A model generated the notes under the pieces. That model searched no databases and was not told the origin of the DNA. It saw nothing but the letters and a program-made list of their open reading frames with translations. Made by a program: the position numbers and the translations under genes. From NCBI RefSeq assembly GCF_006345805.1, contig NC_043007.1, positions 38,068,001 through 38,132,000 of the forward strand: a stretch of 64,000 bases of DNA, written 5' to 3'. Source of the stretch: Octopus sinensis. Its lineage: Eukaryota. Shown piece by piece: positions 1 through 12,685 of the stretch (positions are counted from its first letter, which is position 1; each line of letters starts with the position of its first letter).

Positions 1-191
1 CTGAATCGATCCATGTACATTACTTGGCATATATTTTATCGATACCGAAAAATAATAGTTAAAACTTATTGGAACTCAAATTACACAGAGAAGACATGAC
101 TAAGTATTGATTTAGCTTCAAATGCAAACTTAATTTTGTAATTGAATGCGACATAATCAATTGAATTAATCATTTTAAAGTTGGTATTTAT

Positions 192-570
192 TTATATTAT
201 CGGCCTGCGAGGGATGAACAGCTTAACCACCATCGGTGTTATTTTTGCATAATAACCACCAAAAGTACTTTTACGTTTCGACCCTACGCTCTTCAACAGA
301 AAGGAACACAGAAATAAGCAGGAAGAGAAAATGGCGAATGCCGGACAGAGGTGGTCAGACAGGAGAGCTAGGAAGAAGGGGAGATAAAAAAAAGTAGAGT
401 AGTGGTGATCCCAAACGAAGGTGCGCGTGCGTATGTATGTGAGAGCGTGTATGTGCGTGTGGATAGGGGCTGGTGACCTTGAATTGTGTGCGTGCGTGTA
501 TGTGTAGGTATGTGGATGATGGTGTTGGTGCTGGGAAGTGGTCAGCATGTGTGATGTGAGCGGTGTGTGT
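192..570 (-). mobile_element. Penelope-like terminal-repeat fragment interrupting the mariner
   Basis: Breaks the transposase frame after EQLERLKS; related to 20570-20760; carries a hammerhead-like motif at 268-304. Confidence 0.5.
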
Positions 571-1414
571 GACTTAAGCCGCTCGAGCTGCTCGCAGTAA
601 ATCTCCTTTGTTATCGTTTGATTTAGGTTTAAAAGTTCAAAGTGGACTGAACCGTTCATCTCCTACCAAACAGATAACAACACTTTACGTGCGTGATAAC
701 CTTCTTTAGCGTGGGGTACCGGTGTTTCTCCTTTCCCTACCCATTGTCTTCGGCGCTTGACATTTTTATAGAGGACCCATTTCTCGTCGCCAGTCACTAT
801 TCGGTCCAAAAAAGGTTCATTCGTGAGACGTGACAACAAAGAAGAACACACGTTCAGTTTCTGTGCATGATTAGACTCAAAAATTTGTGAGGAACTCATT
901 GATCTAATTTGATGACTTTTCCGATAGCACGCATCTGTCGATGAATGGTTGAATGACCAAATCCAAGCTCCTCTGTTAGTTCTTCAACAGTTACGATGGG
1001 ATTTTGTTCCACCAGGGTTTGTAGACATCCTCGTCAAGCTCTAAAGATTTTCCAGGACAAGGCTCGTCTTCTAGGCTGTAGTTTCCGGCTCGGAATTTCT
1101 AGAATCACCGTTGACACTGGCTTAGGCATATTGTCTGATCCCCATATACAGCATTAATATTCCTCGCACTTTCCGTTGCGTTTATTGAACTCGTAAACCA
1201 AAATATGCCGAATATGGTCCTTTGTCACTTTCATTATAGCTTTGTAAAAATAACAGTTAAAATCCAACTGCACTCTTCAAAACCTGCACTAAGAATAATA
1301 TCAAGGTAAAATTACTACCTGCTTTTATAGCAAGTTGATGCGGGTAGTTTATCCCGTCCCCATCCGACTTTTAGTTCATACAATTGAAAAAACTGCATTA
1401 TTTATGGGATGACC

Positions 1415-1415
<1 letters not shown>
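571..1415 (-). mobile_element. Mariner transposon, 5' part (degenerate transposase plus one TIR)
   Basis: MKVTKDHIRHILVYEF...(HTH)...FLDRIVTGDEKWVLY...KVLLSVW..NGSVHFELL with stops and frameshifts; terminal CGGTCATCCCATAAATAATGCAG abuts a (TA)n tract. Confidence 0.9.
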
Positions 1416-1466
<51 letters not shown>

Positions 1467-1469
<3 letters not shown>

Positions 1470-1998
1470 TGCAGAAATGGTTGTGATATAGGTGTAGGAA
1501 TAGCTGTGTGTTAAGAAGCTTGCTTACCAACCACATGGTTCTGGGTCTGTCCCACTGCGTGGCACCTTGGGCAAGTGTCTTCTACTATAGTCTCGGGTCG
1601 ACCAAAGCCTTGTGAGAGAATTTGGTAGACAGAAACAGAAAGAAGCCCGTCGTCCATATTAGTATTTTTTTCTAGTTTCAGCTCAGAGCTGCGGCCATGC
1701 TGATGCACCACCGTTATACACACACACACACACCACACACACACACACACACACACGCACACACATATATGTATATATGTTTGTGTCTGTGTCCCCACCA
1801 CCACCACCACTATCATCACTTGACAATCGATGCTGGTGTGTTTACGTCCCCCGTTACTTAGCGGTTCGGCCAAAGAGAACGATAGAATAGTTACTAGGCT
1901 TACAAAGAATAATTCCTGGTGTCGATTTATTCGACTAAAGGCGGTGCTGCAGCATGGCCGCAGTCAAATGACTGAAACAGATAAAGGAATAAAAGAAT
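1467..1998 (+). mobile_element. tRNA-derived SINE family A
   Basis: Head gtggctgtgtggtaag...ggttcagtcccactgcgtggcaccttgggcaag, internal (TA)/(TG) tract, tail gactgaaacaagtaaaagag; many copies in the window. Confidence 0.85.
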
Positions 1999-2010
1999 AA
2001 AGAACATATA

Positions 2011-2368
2011 AGGCGCAGGAGTGGCTGTGTGGTAAGTAGCTTGCTAACCAGCCACATGGTTCTGGGTTCAGTCCCACTGCGTGGCATCTTGGGCAAGTGT
2101 CTTCTGCTATAGCCCCGGGCCGACCAATGCCTTGTGAGTGGATTTGGTAGACGGAAACTGAAAGAAGCCTGTCGTATATATGTATATATATGTATATGTG
2201 TGTGTGTCTGTGTTGTCCCCCTAGCATTGCTTGACAACCGATGCTGGTGTGTTTACGTCCCCGTAACTTAGCGGTTCGGCAAAAAGAGACCGATAGAATA
2301 AGTACTAAAGGCGGTGCTCCAGCATGGCCGCAGTCAAAAGACTGAAACAGGTAAAAGAGTAAAAGAGT
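2011..2368 (+). mobile_element. SINE family A, tandem second copy
   Basis: Same head and tail with a short internal deletion. Confidence 0.85.
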
Positions 2369-2834
2369 ATATATATAATGAGCCAGAGAGGGAGAGAATG
2401 AGAGAATTTATAGATGTTAGAAGAATGAAAGTACAAACTCGACTCTGTATAGATTTGTACAAGGTAGACTAAACAACAAGAGGTTGGGGATTAGAGAAGG
2501 TTAAAATTGGAAGTGAGAAATTATGTTAATGAATTAATTGCATGCATAAAATAAGTAGACTAAATTGTAATCTTTGTTCAGTCAGGTCTCTATATAGGTT
2601 TGTTAACATATAAGATAACCTTCTCGTTGTTACACAAACATATGTAACGAGAAAAAAAGAGGGGGATTCCACATCGAGCTGATGGGAGAAAAGTAATGAC
2701 CGGATAGCAGCAATTAAATCATAACAATTGAGAGAGAGAGACACTTGATACTAATTGCTAATTGTAAGTAAATATAATTACAGTAATTACATGAATATAA
2801 ACATGATTTCACACATACTTCATACATACATACA

Positions 2835-3255
2835 TACTCTTTTACTCTTTTATTTGTTTCAGTCATTTGACTGCGGCCATGCAGGAGCACCGCCTTTAGT
2901 CGAGCAAATCTACCCCAGGACTTATTCTTTGTAAGCTTAGTACTTATTCTATCGGTCTCTTTTGCCGAACCGCTAAGTTACGAGGACGTAAACATACCAC
3001 CATCGGTTGTCAAGCGATGCTGGGGGGACAAACACAGACACACAAGCATATACACACACATACATATATATACATATATACAACGGGCTTCTTTCAGTTT
3101 CCATCTACCAAATCCACTCACAAGGCATTGGTCGGCCCGAGGCTATTGTAGAAGACACTTGCGAAAGGTGCCACGCAGTGGGAATGAACCCGGAACCATG
3201 TGGTTGGTAAGCAAGCTACTTACCATATAGCCACCACACAGCCACTCCTGCGCCT
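2835..3255 (-). mobile_element. SINE family A
   Basis: Reverse-complement full-length copy. Confidence 0.85.
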
Positions 3256-3327
3256 ATACTATATATATTATATACATCTGTCTGCGTGTTTGTGTGTATG
3301 CGTGTGTAAACATACATATGTAATTGC

Positions 3328-3385
<58 letters not shown>

Positions 3386-3696
3386 CAGTGTGTGTGTATG
3401 TGTGTCTATGTGCGTGCGCGCGCGCTCATGGCCGTTGTAGGTCGTCCGAGTCCCGTGAGCTTGATGCCGTTTAATGTTTCGTTTAGATTGTTGCAGATCA
3501 ACGCCTTCAAGAAAGACATGAGCGGGTTCCAGAAGGGCGATATTCTGAGGCGAAAGGACTGGAAATTTATGGTAAGAGCGTGACATAGAGTGGGTTGGGT
3601 GCAAGAGATGACAAGAGACACGCACGCACCCACGCACTCACACACACACACAGACACACACAGACGCACACACACACACACATACACACAGACACA

Positions 3697-3734
<38 letters not shown>

Positions 3735-3764
3735 CATACCTATATTTTTTTTAATTTTTTTTTT

Positions 3765-3965
3765 TATTGCCCACAAGGGGCTGAACATAGAGGGGACAAA
3801 CAAACGGATTAAGTCGATTATATCGACCCCAGTGTCTAACTGGTACTTAATTTATCGACCCCGAAAGGATGAAAGGCAAAGTCGACCTCGGCGGAATTTG
3901 AACTCAGAACGCAGCAGCGGACGAAATAACACAAAGCATTTAGCCGGGCTTTCTAACGTTTCTGC
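3765..3965 (-). mobile_element. tRNA-derived SINE family B
   Basis: ggcgaaatgcttagc...gagttcaaattccgccgaggtcgactttgcc...gccccttgtgggcaataaa consensus; more than 20 full or partial copies in the window. Confidence 0.85.
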
Positions 3966-4065
3966 GACCGTGACTACTTCACAGACCGCAGTCTCCATTA
4001 ATTTATCATGCACACGTAAATGGCTTTTAAGATAAGCAATTTAATAATAGCAACTGCAGCCGATG

Positions 4066-4067
4066 GT

Positions 4068-4099
<32 letters not shown>

Positions 4100-4620
4100 T
4101 GGTGGTGGTGGCGGTGGTGGTGGCGGTGGTGGTGGTGGTGGTGGCGGTGGTGGTGGCGGTGGTGGCGGCGGCGGTGGTGGTGGCGGTGACGGTGGTGGTG
4201 GTGGTGGTGGTGGTGGTGGTGGTGAGGACGACGAGAACGAAGGAGGAGGAGAAAGGGAAGAGGAGGAGGGAAAGAGATAGATGGAGGAAGAAGATGTGGA
4301 GGAAGAGAGAAGGAAGAGAGGGAGAGTAGGATGTTAAGGAAAGGGAGAAGAGGAAGAGAAGAAAGAGGAGGGAGGAAAGGAGGATGTAGAGGTGACAGAG
4401 GAAGAAGAGGAGGAAGAAGAGCAAGAGGAGAGAGGAGGAGGTAAATGTGGAGGAGGAAGAGGAAGGGAGAAAGAAGAAAATATTGAGGGAGAGGTAGAAG
4501 AGGAGGAAAGTGAGGGGGAGGGTGACTATGCGGAGGGAGAAGAGGCGGGGTAAGAGGAAAAGAATGGAGAGGAGTAAAAAGAAGAGGAAGCGGAGGAGGA
4601 GGCGGCAGCGACACAGTTGT
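4066..4620. repeat. (GGC/GGT)n triplet microsatellite followed by a GA-rich low-complexity tract
   Basis: Read directly from the sequence; explains the poly-G/V/T/H ORFs. Confidence 0.95.
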
Positions 4621-4939
4621 AGTTGTAGTAGTGATTCCTTCCCGAGAAAGAGTTGATACATTTTGGAAAAACAATTTTAAGCAGTTGGGATTTTCTAACC
4701 AGGAAGGTAAATATCAAAGAAGGGGCTAAAGTGGTCACTGGATTGGGGTCGCTTGGTGGAGTGTGCCGGAGAAGGTGCTTGGTGGTTTAGGGAGGTCAGG
4801 ATTTGAATCAAATATAATATTTAAACCGGGTACAATATTTGTAATAATTAAAATCCATTTTCAAAAGAATATCAGGATTAGAGTGATAATAGAATAAAAT
4901 ATTGTGCTATCAATGAACAGAAATACAACTGATGATAAT

Positions 4940-5546
4940 CAGGGCCGAATTTAGGCCTATAGAGGCCCTAAGCACTTAAAATATTTCGGTGCCCTATATA
5001 TATGTAATTCAAAATATAAACAATTACAAACCATTGACTAATGTTTCGTTTTTCAAATAACGTTTATATTTGTATACACGCCGGGCGAAATGCTTAGCGA
5101 TATTTCGCCGCTGCGTTCTGAGTTCAAATTCCGCCGAGGTCGACTTTGCCTTTCATCCTTTCGGGGTCGATGAATTAAGTTCCAATTACGCACTGGGGTC
5201 GATGTAATCGACTTAATCCCTTTGTCTGTCCTTTTTTGTCCCCTCTATGTTTAGCTCCTTGTGAGCAATACAATTTTTTTTTTTAAATACTTATATTTTA
5301 TTTGTATTTGAAATTTTTTCTCCTACTTCTTTAATTGTAAAGTCTTTGATGAGATTCTTAAAATTAATCTTACGTAACACATCTGCTTCTATACTTATAA
5401 ATAAGGTATCCCGAATATTATTTTAGCAAGTGATTTTTTTTGTGCCGTAAACCATTTACCATTTCTGTGGTGATTCTCCCACCACCGCCATGCCCATGAT
5501 GCCCCTAAGCCCGTGCTTATTTTGCTTAATGGTTAATCCAGCGCTG
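4940..5546. mobile_element. hAT-type MITE with a nested SINE B (about 5078-5270)
   Basis: Imperfect TIRs cagggccgaattta / ttaatccagcgctg; flanks atgataat / atgatagg resemble a decayed 8-bp TSD. Confidence 0.6.
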
Positions 5547-5589
5547 ATGATAGGCTAAGGTCTAATACGATGTCATTATATAAATCTTA

Positions 5590-6250
5590 GCAAGGCGGCT
5601 AGCTAGCAGAATCGTAAGCACCCTGGCGAAATGCTTAGCGGTATTTCGTCTGTTGCTACGTTCTAATGCCGCTAAGCATTTTGCCTGGTGCACTAACGAT
5701 TCAGCCAGCTCGCTGCCTTAACACTCATGTAAGATAATCCTTTCTACTGTAGGCCCAAGGTCTGAAATTTCAGGAGAGGAGGCTAGTCGATTACATCGAC
5801 TCCTGTGCGTAACTGATATTTTTTTCATTGACTTCGGAAGGAAAAAAAGGCGAAGTCGACCTCGGCGTAATTTGAACTCTGAACGTGAAGACAGACGAAA
5901 TGCCGCCAAGCATTCCACTCTACGTGCTAACGATTCTGCTAGTTCACCGCCTTAACACTCAGGTAAGATAATGGTTTCAAGTTTTGGCACAAGGTCAGCA
6001 ATTTGGGGGGGAAGGGAGGAGTTGATTGCATCGACCCCAGTGTTTAACTGGTACTTATATAATGAAATTATTGTATACAGTGCTCAGGTGCACCACAACA
6101 TATTTTACCGATCTCGAAAGGATGAAAGGTGCAGTCGACCTCGGCGGAATTTGAACTCAGAACGTAAAGGCATACGAAATGCCGCTTAGAATTGCACCCG
6201 GCGTGCTAACGATTCTACTAGCTCGCCGCCTTACACTCACGTAAGATAAT
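5590..6250 (-). mobile_element. Cluster of SINE B copies (inverted head pair, then tandem copies)
   Basis: Repeated SINE B heads and bodies separated by acactcangtaagataat. Confidence 0.8.
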
Positions 6251-6527
6251 ATAATTGAATACAATTCTTAATTTGAAAACAAAGGGAGGAAAAAACATCG
6301 GAACAAGGCAATAGATATTAGTCATGCAGCAGGAGTAAATATCCCTTTCAGAATAAATAAAAATCAAGACGTCTGTAACAATGAGGAATTTACAGATTCC
6401 ACACATAGTCTATGATTGCACACATCATAATTATAGTTATTGAGTAATGTGTGAGACTGGTTACGCACTGAAACATTTCCAAGCTGTCAGATTGCACTTC
6501 AACAACATGTGTTGTTAAAAGGAATAC

Positions 6528-7010
6528 TGTGATAGTTCTGATAAATTATTACAAGCATCCCCCGCGTTGCGGCTATTTCAGGTTACGGGATTCCATGCAG
6601 AAATTGTAAAGTGTGAAATTTCAGAATGGGGTCTGTATTTTTGCCCTTTGTGATATTTCTGATAAATTATTACAAGCATCCCCCGCATTGCGGCTATTTC
6701 AGGTTACGGGATTCCATGCAGAAATTGTAAAGTGTGAAATTTCAGAATGGGGTCTGTATTTTTGCCCTTTGTGATATTTCTGATAAATTATTACAAGCAT
6801 CCCCCGCATTGCGGCTATTTCAGGTTACGGGATTCCATGCAGAAATTGTAAAGTGTGAAATTTCAGAATGTGGTCTGTATTTTTGCCCTTTGTGATATTT
6901 CTGATAAATTATTACAAGCATCCCCCGCATTGCGGCTATTTCAGGTTACGGGATTCAATGCAGAAATTGTAAAGTGTGAAATTTCAGAATGTAGTCTGTA
7001 TTTTTGCCCT
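6528..7010. repeat. Tandem repeat, 121-bp unit, about 4 copies
   Basis: gataaattattacaagcatcccc recurs at 6540, 6661, 6782 and 6903. Confidence 0.95.
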
Positions 7011-7429
7011 TGCGGAAACTTGTATAAATTCTTAAAATTAAGAAGTTAAACTTTCTTCTTAATCAAATTGCCGTTTCCCGGCGTTGAAGACAAGATCAAA
7101 GTATAGTTAAAAATTGGAAATACTATAATCGCAATACATACAATGTGTGTGTGTGTGTGGGGGGTGTGAGGAGTATAACGATTTAGGAGTCAAGCGCTCA
7201 TGAACCTGATAACCCCTTTAGGTCATGTCAGATATGGGACAACCCTTCAAATAACCGTAATCATACAGTACTTCCCCCTACCTTACTCCTTCACCCTTTC
7301 ATTTTCTCATTTCCATTCTTACATCCATAAGGATATAACAATTTCTTGATCTCACTATACAGTTATATGTTTTTTTTATTACATATTTATTGTTAATTGT
7401 TGATTGCCACGCTGTTAGATTGACAGTTC

Positions 7430-8960
7430 AAGATGTCTGAAAAAGAAGCCGTCACGTGGAACTAAAGGCAATTGCGTGGGAAGGAACCGTTAATGGATTA
7501 TACTGGATATTAAACTTGATGTTTTAAAAAACCTTAATGTGAGAGAAAAGAAAATCAGCCACATTGCCAAAACATTAAAGTTATAATGTCTACGTGCATA
7601 ATACAGAGGAGAAAATTAAGTACCCACGAAGCTACTCCATAAAATGCTATGACCTTGGCGGTGTATTTTTTCATAGATCTAATGTGGTGCTTAAAATAGA
7701 ATGGCTCTTCAATGTATATAGATTGTAGATCAGACTCGATAAGTTAAAAATGTCAAAAGTTTGTATGATGGTTTACAGAATGAAGAAGATGAAACTTCTA
7801 ATAAAATAAAATAAAAAACATTTCTGGCTAGTGAAAGCTGATTTGAAAGGTGTGTAGTGACGCCAGGTTCCAGACGCCATTTTGGGATTTTCATCTGCGC
7901 ATGCAAAAGGATTGGTGTTTTCCGGAAGGCCTGTCAGAAGTCCCTTATACGCATGCGCAGTCATCAGCAGCAGCTAGGCAAGACTGCTCTTTCTCTTTTG
8001 CTCCTGTCGGCAACGGAGCTAGACGCAACGAGACAAGCTCAGTGTGAAGGCGAATATGACTTGGCGAGTTGTGAAGAATGCCTTCAACAATTGTGATTTA
8101 AACCGACTCTGCTGATTCCATCCCCAGGCGTCCAGGCTACCGATGTCCAGAGATGAAATGCTTATTTCGGCGAAAATAAATTATTATTGTTATTTGTTCG
8201 GAGATTCTTGTTCCTGCTATTTTTCCTCTACAACTATGTAAGGAATTGTGAGGCACCCAACCAGTGCCAACGTAACATCCTACAGGTGTAAAAAAAACCG
8301 CTTTAATTTGCACAGTTGAAAATTTATTAGTGAAGCTGCCAGTAATGATATAGAAGCTGCAGCTAATTATCCTGAGCAGCCGAAGAAAAGAATGATTGCT
8401 TGAGGAAGGTTTCACACCAGAGCAAATATGTAATGTTGATGAAACTGCACTTTTCTGGAAGCTCGTGCTTGGTAGAACTTTTCTTTCTCGATAAGAAAAA
8501 TCAACACCAGGATTTAAAATTTCCAAATATCGTTTGACGCTTCTTCTCGAAGGAAATGTCACTGGTAATTAGACTCCCTACTCTGTATCACTCCAAAAAT
8601 ACAAGGGTTTTGAAAGGTTATGAAAATTTTCGTTTAACGCTGATTTGGCATTCAAATACGAAAGCGTGGCTTAAGTCTTTCTGAAAAGAAACCTACAAAC
8701 ATTTTAAGCAAAATACAGTTCTAGATAATATTTCCAACTAAGCATTTCTCCTTTTAGACGATGTACCAAGCTTCCCAGTGAACATAAATGAATTTTCCGA
8801 TAATGTGGCAGAAGAATATATCCCCCAAATACGTTTTCTTGTGTTGGTACTTACAACATTTTGTAAGTTTTTGTTGATAACTATCTTAGTCGTGAACGCT
8901 GCATTTACACCACAAAGAGATACTGTATCATAAAAATCAGTTTTCCATAAGTCCCTCGCC
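7430..8960 (+). mobile_element. Tigger/pogo (CENP-B-like, DDE_1) transposase remnant, interrupted by a solo LTR
   Basis: TFLASES*FER|KNRFNLH, EEGFTPEQICNVDETALFWK..RTF, TPGFKISKYRLTLLL.GNVTG, LLLDD.PS.P motifs with many stops. Confidence 0.85.
7853..8284 (+). mobile_element. Solo LTR (Gypsy-like), 432 bp
   Basis: TGTAG...CTACA termini, GGTG 4-bp TSD on both sides, internal AATAAA; removing it rejoins the Tigger WFERF-KKRFNLH region. Confidence 0.85.
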
Positions 8961-9229
8961 TTCAAGTGGATGCTGATGATGAGGATGAACTATAAGATTG
9001 AATATAATGCTCCTCGTCTTCACAGTGAAGCTCATTCCTCACCCTCGCCTCATATTGTTATCAACATCTCTAGGAGTAAGAAGATATCCTATTATGATAT
9101 TACGATTCATATTTCTTCCCTAACATATCGCTCTTCTAATATTTTTAGGTTTATATATATATATATTGTTTTTGTTTTGTTGGGTGCCTCACAATTCCTT
9201 ACATATCGCTCTTCTAATATTTTTAGGTT

Positions 9230-9293
<64 letters not shown>

Positions 9294-9370
9294 GATTAGA
9301 ACTTGAAACAGCTGTAAGGGATAATGATTAATTTGCTGTTAATGATAAACAATTATTAACTTCTTTCTCT

Positions 9371-9420
<50 letters not shown>

Positions 9421-10012
9421 TATATATATATATATAATATATATATATATATAATATAGGACAATCAGTTAGTTGTCATAATAAAACTCAGAGTTTCGGA
9501 TGTCGGGGCTAAAGCCTGCTCTGGCCTCCCATCAATTATTAAGTTGTCTTAATTACTTTATGCAGTATTATTTCCGGTCATTTTAGCGCGCCAAAACGAG
9601 GACTTTTGAAAAATAACCACAAGTGTAATAGGTTGAACGACATCCATGTTCGACCTCTTGCGGACGTCTGGTCTGTAGTTCTGCAAATTATATTTGTATG
9701 GACGGTCATACTGAAGATCTACAGACAAATTGCGTAAGTAAAATTACGTAATCTGTTAATAGTGAAACATTGTTTATGATTAATCTATATTTTTGTTACT
9801 TTTCATTTGTCTTGCTCGCTAACGTTTCTGGTGTTTGCTCAATTTTCTGTAGAATATTTCTTAGTGGTAAGAACATAGCGGATCTACTTCTAGCATTAGG
9901 GTGTCCACATAGTGGTAATCCCTCTCATATGTATGTAATATATATATAGTATATAATATATATATATATACACACATACGCACACACACACACACACATA
10001 TATGTATCTATG

Positions 10013-10392
10013 TATACTCTCTTTTACTTATTTCAGTCATTTGACTGCGGTCATGCTGGAGCACCACTTTTAGTCGAATAAAATTACCCCAGGGCTTATT
10101 CTTTGAAAGCCTAGTACTTATTCTATCGGTCTCTTTTTGCCGAAGCGCTAAGTAACGAGGGCGTAAACACACCAACATCGGGTGACAAACACAAACACAA
10201 ACAACAAAGACATACATACATATATATATACATACATATATAGATATATACGACGGGCTTCTTTCAGTTTCCGTCTACCAAATCCACTCACAAGGCTTTG
10301 GTCGGCCAGAGACTATAGTAGAAGACACTTGCCCAAGGTACCACGCAGTGGGACTGAACCCCGAACCATGTAGTAGGGAACCACTCTTGCGC
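10013..10392 (-). mobile_element. SINE family A
   Basis: Reverse-complement copy. Confidence 0.85.
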
Positions 10393-10430
10393 CTATATAT
10401 GTATGTATATATAGATATATATATATATAG

Positions 10431-10463
<33 letters not shown>

Positions 10464-10480
10464 ATAGATATGTGTGTGTG

Positions 10481-10532
<52 letters not shown>

Positions 10533-10563
10533 ATACACATACATATATATATATATATATATC

Positions 10564-10597
<34 letters not shown>

Positions 10598-10601
10598 TAT
10601 A

Positions 10602-10673
<72 letters not shown>

Positions 10674-10718
10674 AGAATACAAAAATATATATTTTTATAT
10701 ATATACACATATGACCTG

Positions 10719-10803
10719 CGAATGACCCGTCCTTGTTTTTTCTTGTCCCTTTTTTTGTATCATCTGTCTGGATGTTTTGTGTTCTTGTCTCATTGTTTAT
10801 ATT

Positions 10804-10867
<64 letters not shown>

Positions 10868-10952
10868 AATATAAACAATGAGACAAGAACACAAAACATC
10901 CAGACAGATGATACAAAAAAAGGGACAAGAAAAAACAAGGACGGGTCATTCG
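10719..10952. repeat. Perfect palindrome with a (TA)n centre
   Basis: Arms cgaatgacccgtcc...ttatattctt and aagaatataa...ggacgggtcattcg are exact reverse complements by eye. Confidence 0.92.
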
Positions 10953-11120
10953 GAGTTTTCTTTCGTCAGTCGAGTTCCAGATTAGATTTGCAGTTTTGGC
11001 TGGTTATACTCGAGATAAGCAGTTTCGTGTACCAATCTATCTTTTGTTGAGGAGAGGAATGTCATATTTGAAACAGTTTTCGTTGAGATATGTTAAGTTT
11101 ATTGAGATAACAAGACTTAT
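10953..11120 (-). mobile_element. Penelope-like element 3' end (GIY-YIG C-terminal remnant)
   Basis: KDRLVHETAYLEYNQPKL resembles the RL..E...I....P.LN end of PLE endonucleases; followed by a CTGACGA...CGAA hammerhead-like remnant. Confidence 0.45.
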
Positions 11121-11603
11121 AAAATGATTTTTTTTTTCATTCTTAGCTATATTAATATAACATCATTTACTGGAATAACCATGAAATTTATTTTCGTAGT
11201 GAGAGGGTTAAGGGATTTCACCATTTGACTTTATATTATCTTCATGAAATTATAGGAAATCACTGTTATCATTTCCTGTCAATTTCCTACCTTTTTCATT
11301 CCCTAAACTGCATGCTAACGTCAACTACATAACCAACAGTTCAACATAAGTTTGTTGCAAAAGTCGTCTCAACTGCCGTAGGTCAAAAGGTTAAGCGGCT
11401 GCACCTCTATTTGTCGTGTCGTGTCGTGTCATACAGAGTTTATCCAAACATTGTCGTGTTCACAATGTGATTCTTTACGTTAAGAGGTCTCGATCGACTG
11501 ACATATCCCCTTATTTTTGCAATTAATAACCACTTAAATACACACCCAATCACGTGCGAATACACACAAAACATGCAACCATTCACCATCTCCAATGATG
11601 ATG

Positions 11604-11638
<35 letters not shown>

Positions 11639-11639
11639 C

Positions 11640-11677
<38 letters not shown>

Positions 11678-11794
11678 TCATTCGTTTATTGGCCACAAGG
11701 GCTAACAAAATCAAATATAACATTTAAGGACAAAATACAGGACGAAAGTTACAAAAAGGGTTTTGTCCGTTTGAAAAGTCCGAACAATAAATTG

Positions 11795-12685
11795 CTCTGA
11801 TGCAGTACCAGGCAGTGGCTCTCATGGCTTCTCATCTTAACTGATTGGAAGTGTTATCATGTACATTGTTTTGTCTTGGTATAAAAGATGGGCTACAGTA
11901 AATATTCTGCTCAATACCACAGATTTGCTTGTCAGTTGTTTGACCTTAACCAATTGAGCATGTCCCTTAGTGGCTGACAATATGTGCATCTCTGATCACG
12001 AGCAGAAGTAGTGGGGGAGCATCATAGCTATGTTTTAAGAGGAATTCTTTGGGGTTTGGATAATTCACCTTTGGAAACATGGGTGTTTCGTTCAACATCC
12101 TTAAGCAACCCTTATTCAGAGACCTTTTGAGCGGGATGGGCTGCTCGACCAAAAGAAAATTCTAACTGAGCCCCACCTGCAAGGTCATGTGGTGTTTATC
12201 TTGATATGAGATCACCATGTCGCGCACATATTGTTGTGATGCATGTGCCTGGTGTACCCTTATCAGACGGGTGAAAAAAAAAAGACTCCGCCGGTTACGA
12301 CGACGAGGGTCCCAGCTGATACGATCAACGGAACAGCTTGCTCGTGAAATTAACGTGCAAATGGCTGAGCATTCCACAGACACGTGTACCCTTAACGTAG
12401 TTCTCGGGGATAATCAGCGTGACACAGAGAGTGACAAGGCTGACCCTTTGAAATACAAGTACAACTCATTTTTGCCAGCTGAGTGGACTGGAGCAACGTG
12501 AAATAAAGTGTCTTGCTCAAGGACACAACGCGTCGCCGGGAATCGAACTCACAACCTTACGATCATGAGCCGAATGCCCTAACCACTAAGCCACGCGCCC
12601 TCACATCAGACGGGTAGTCACTATGGGTATACTGAGTTTCGTATATTTTACCCCAGTGTCACTTTGATGGCATGCACTACTCTCT

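Noticed and set aside
3200-4738. Long ORFs (poly-G, poly-V, poly-T/H, CV and HT repeats)
   Set aside because: Translations of (GGT/GGC)n, (GA)n and (CA/TG)n microsatellites; no domain content.
6528-7010. CRISPR-like array
   Set aside because: Contiguous 121-bp units with no unique spacers, no cas genes, eukaryotic context; the same applies to 37130-37385.
10313-10938. Overlapping YIYIYI ORFs, also near 13650, 22150, 54290, 58200 and 60880
   Set aside because: (TA)n tracts lack stop codons in these frames.
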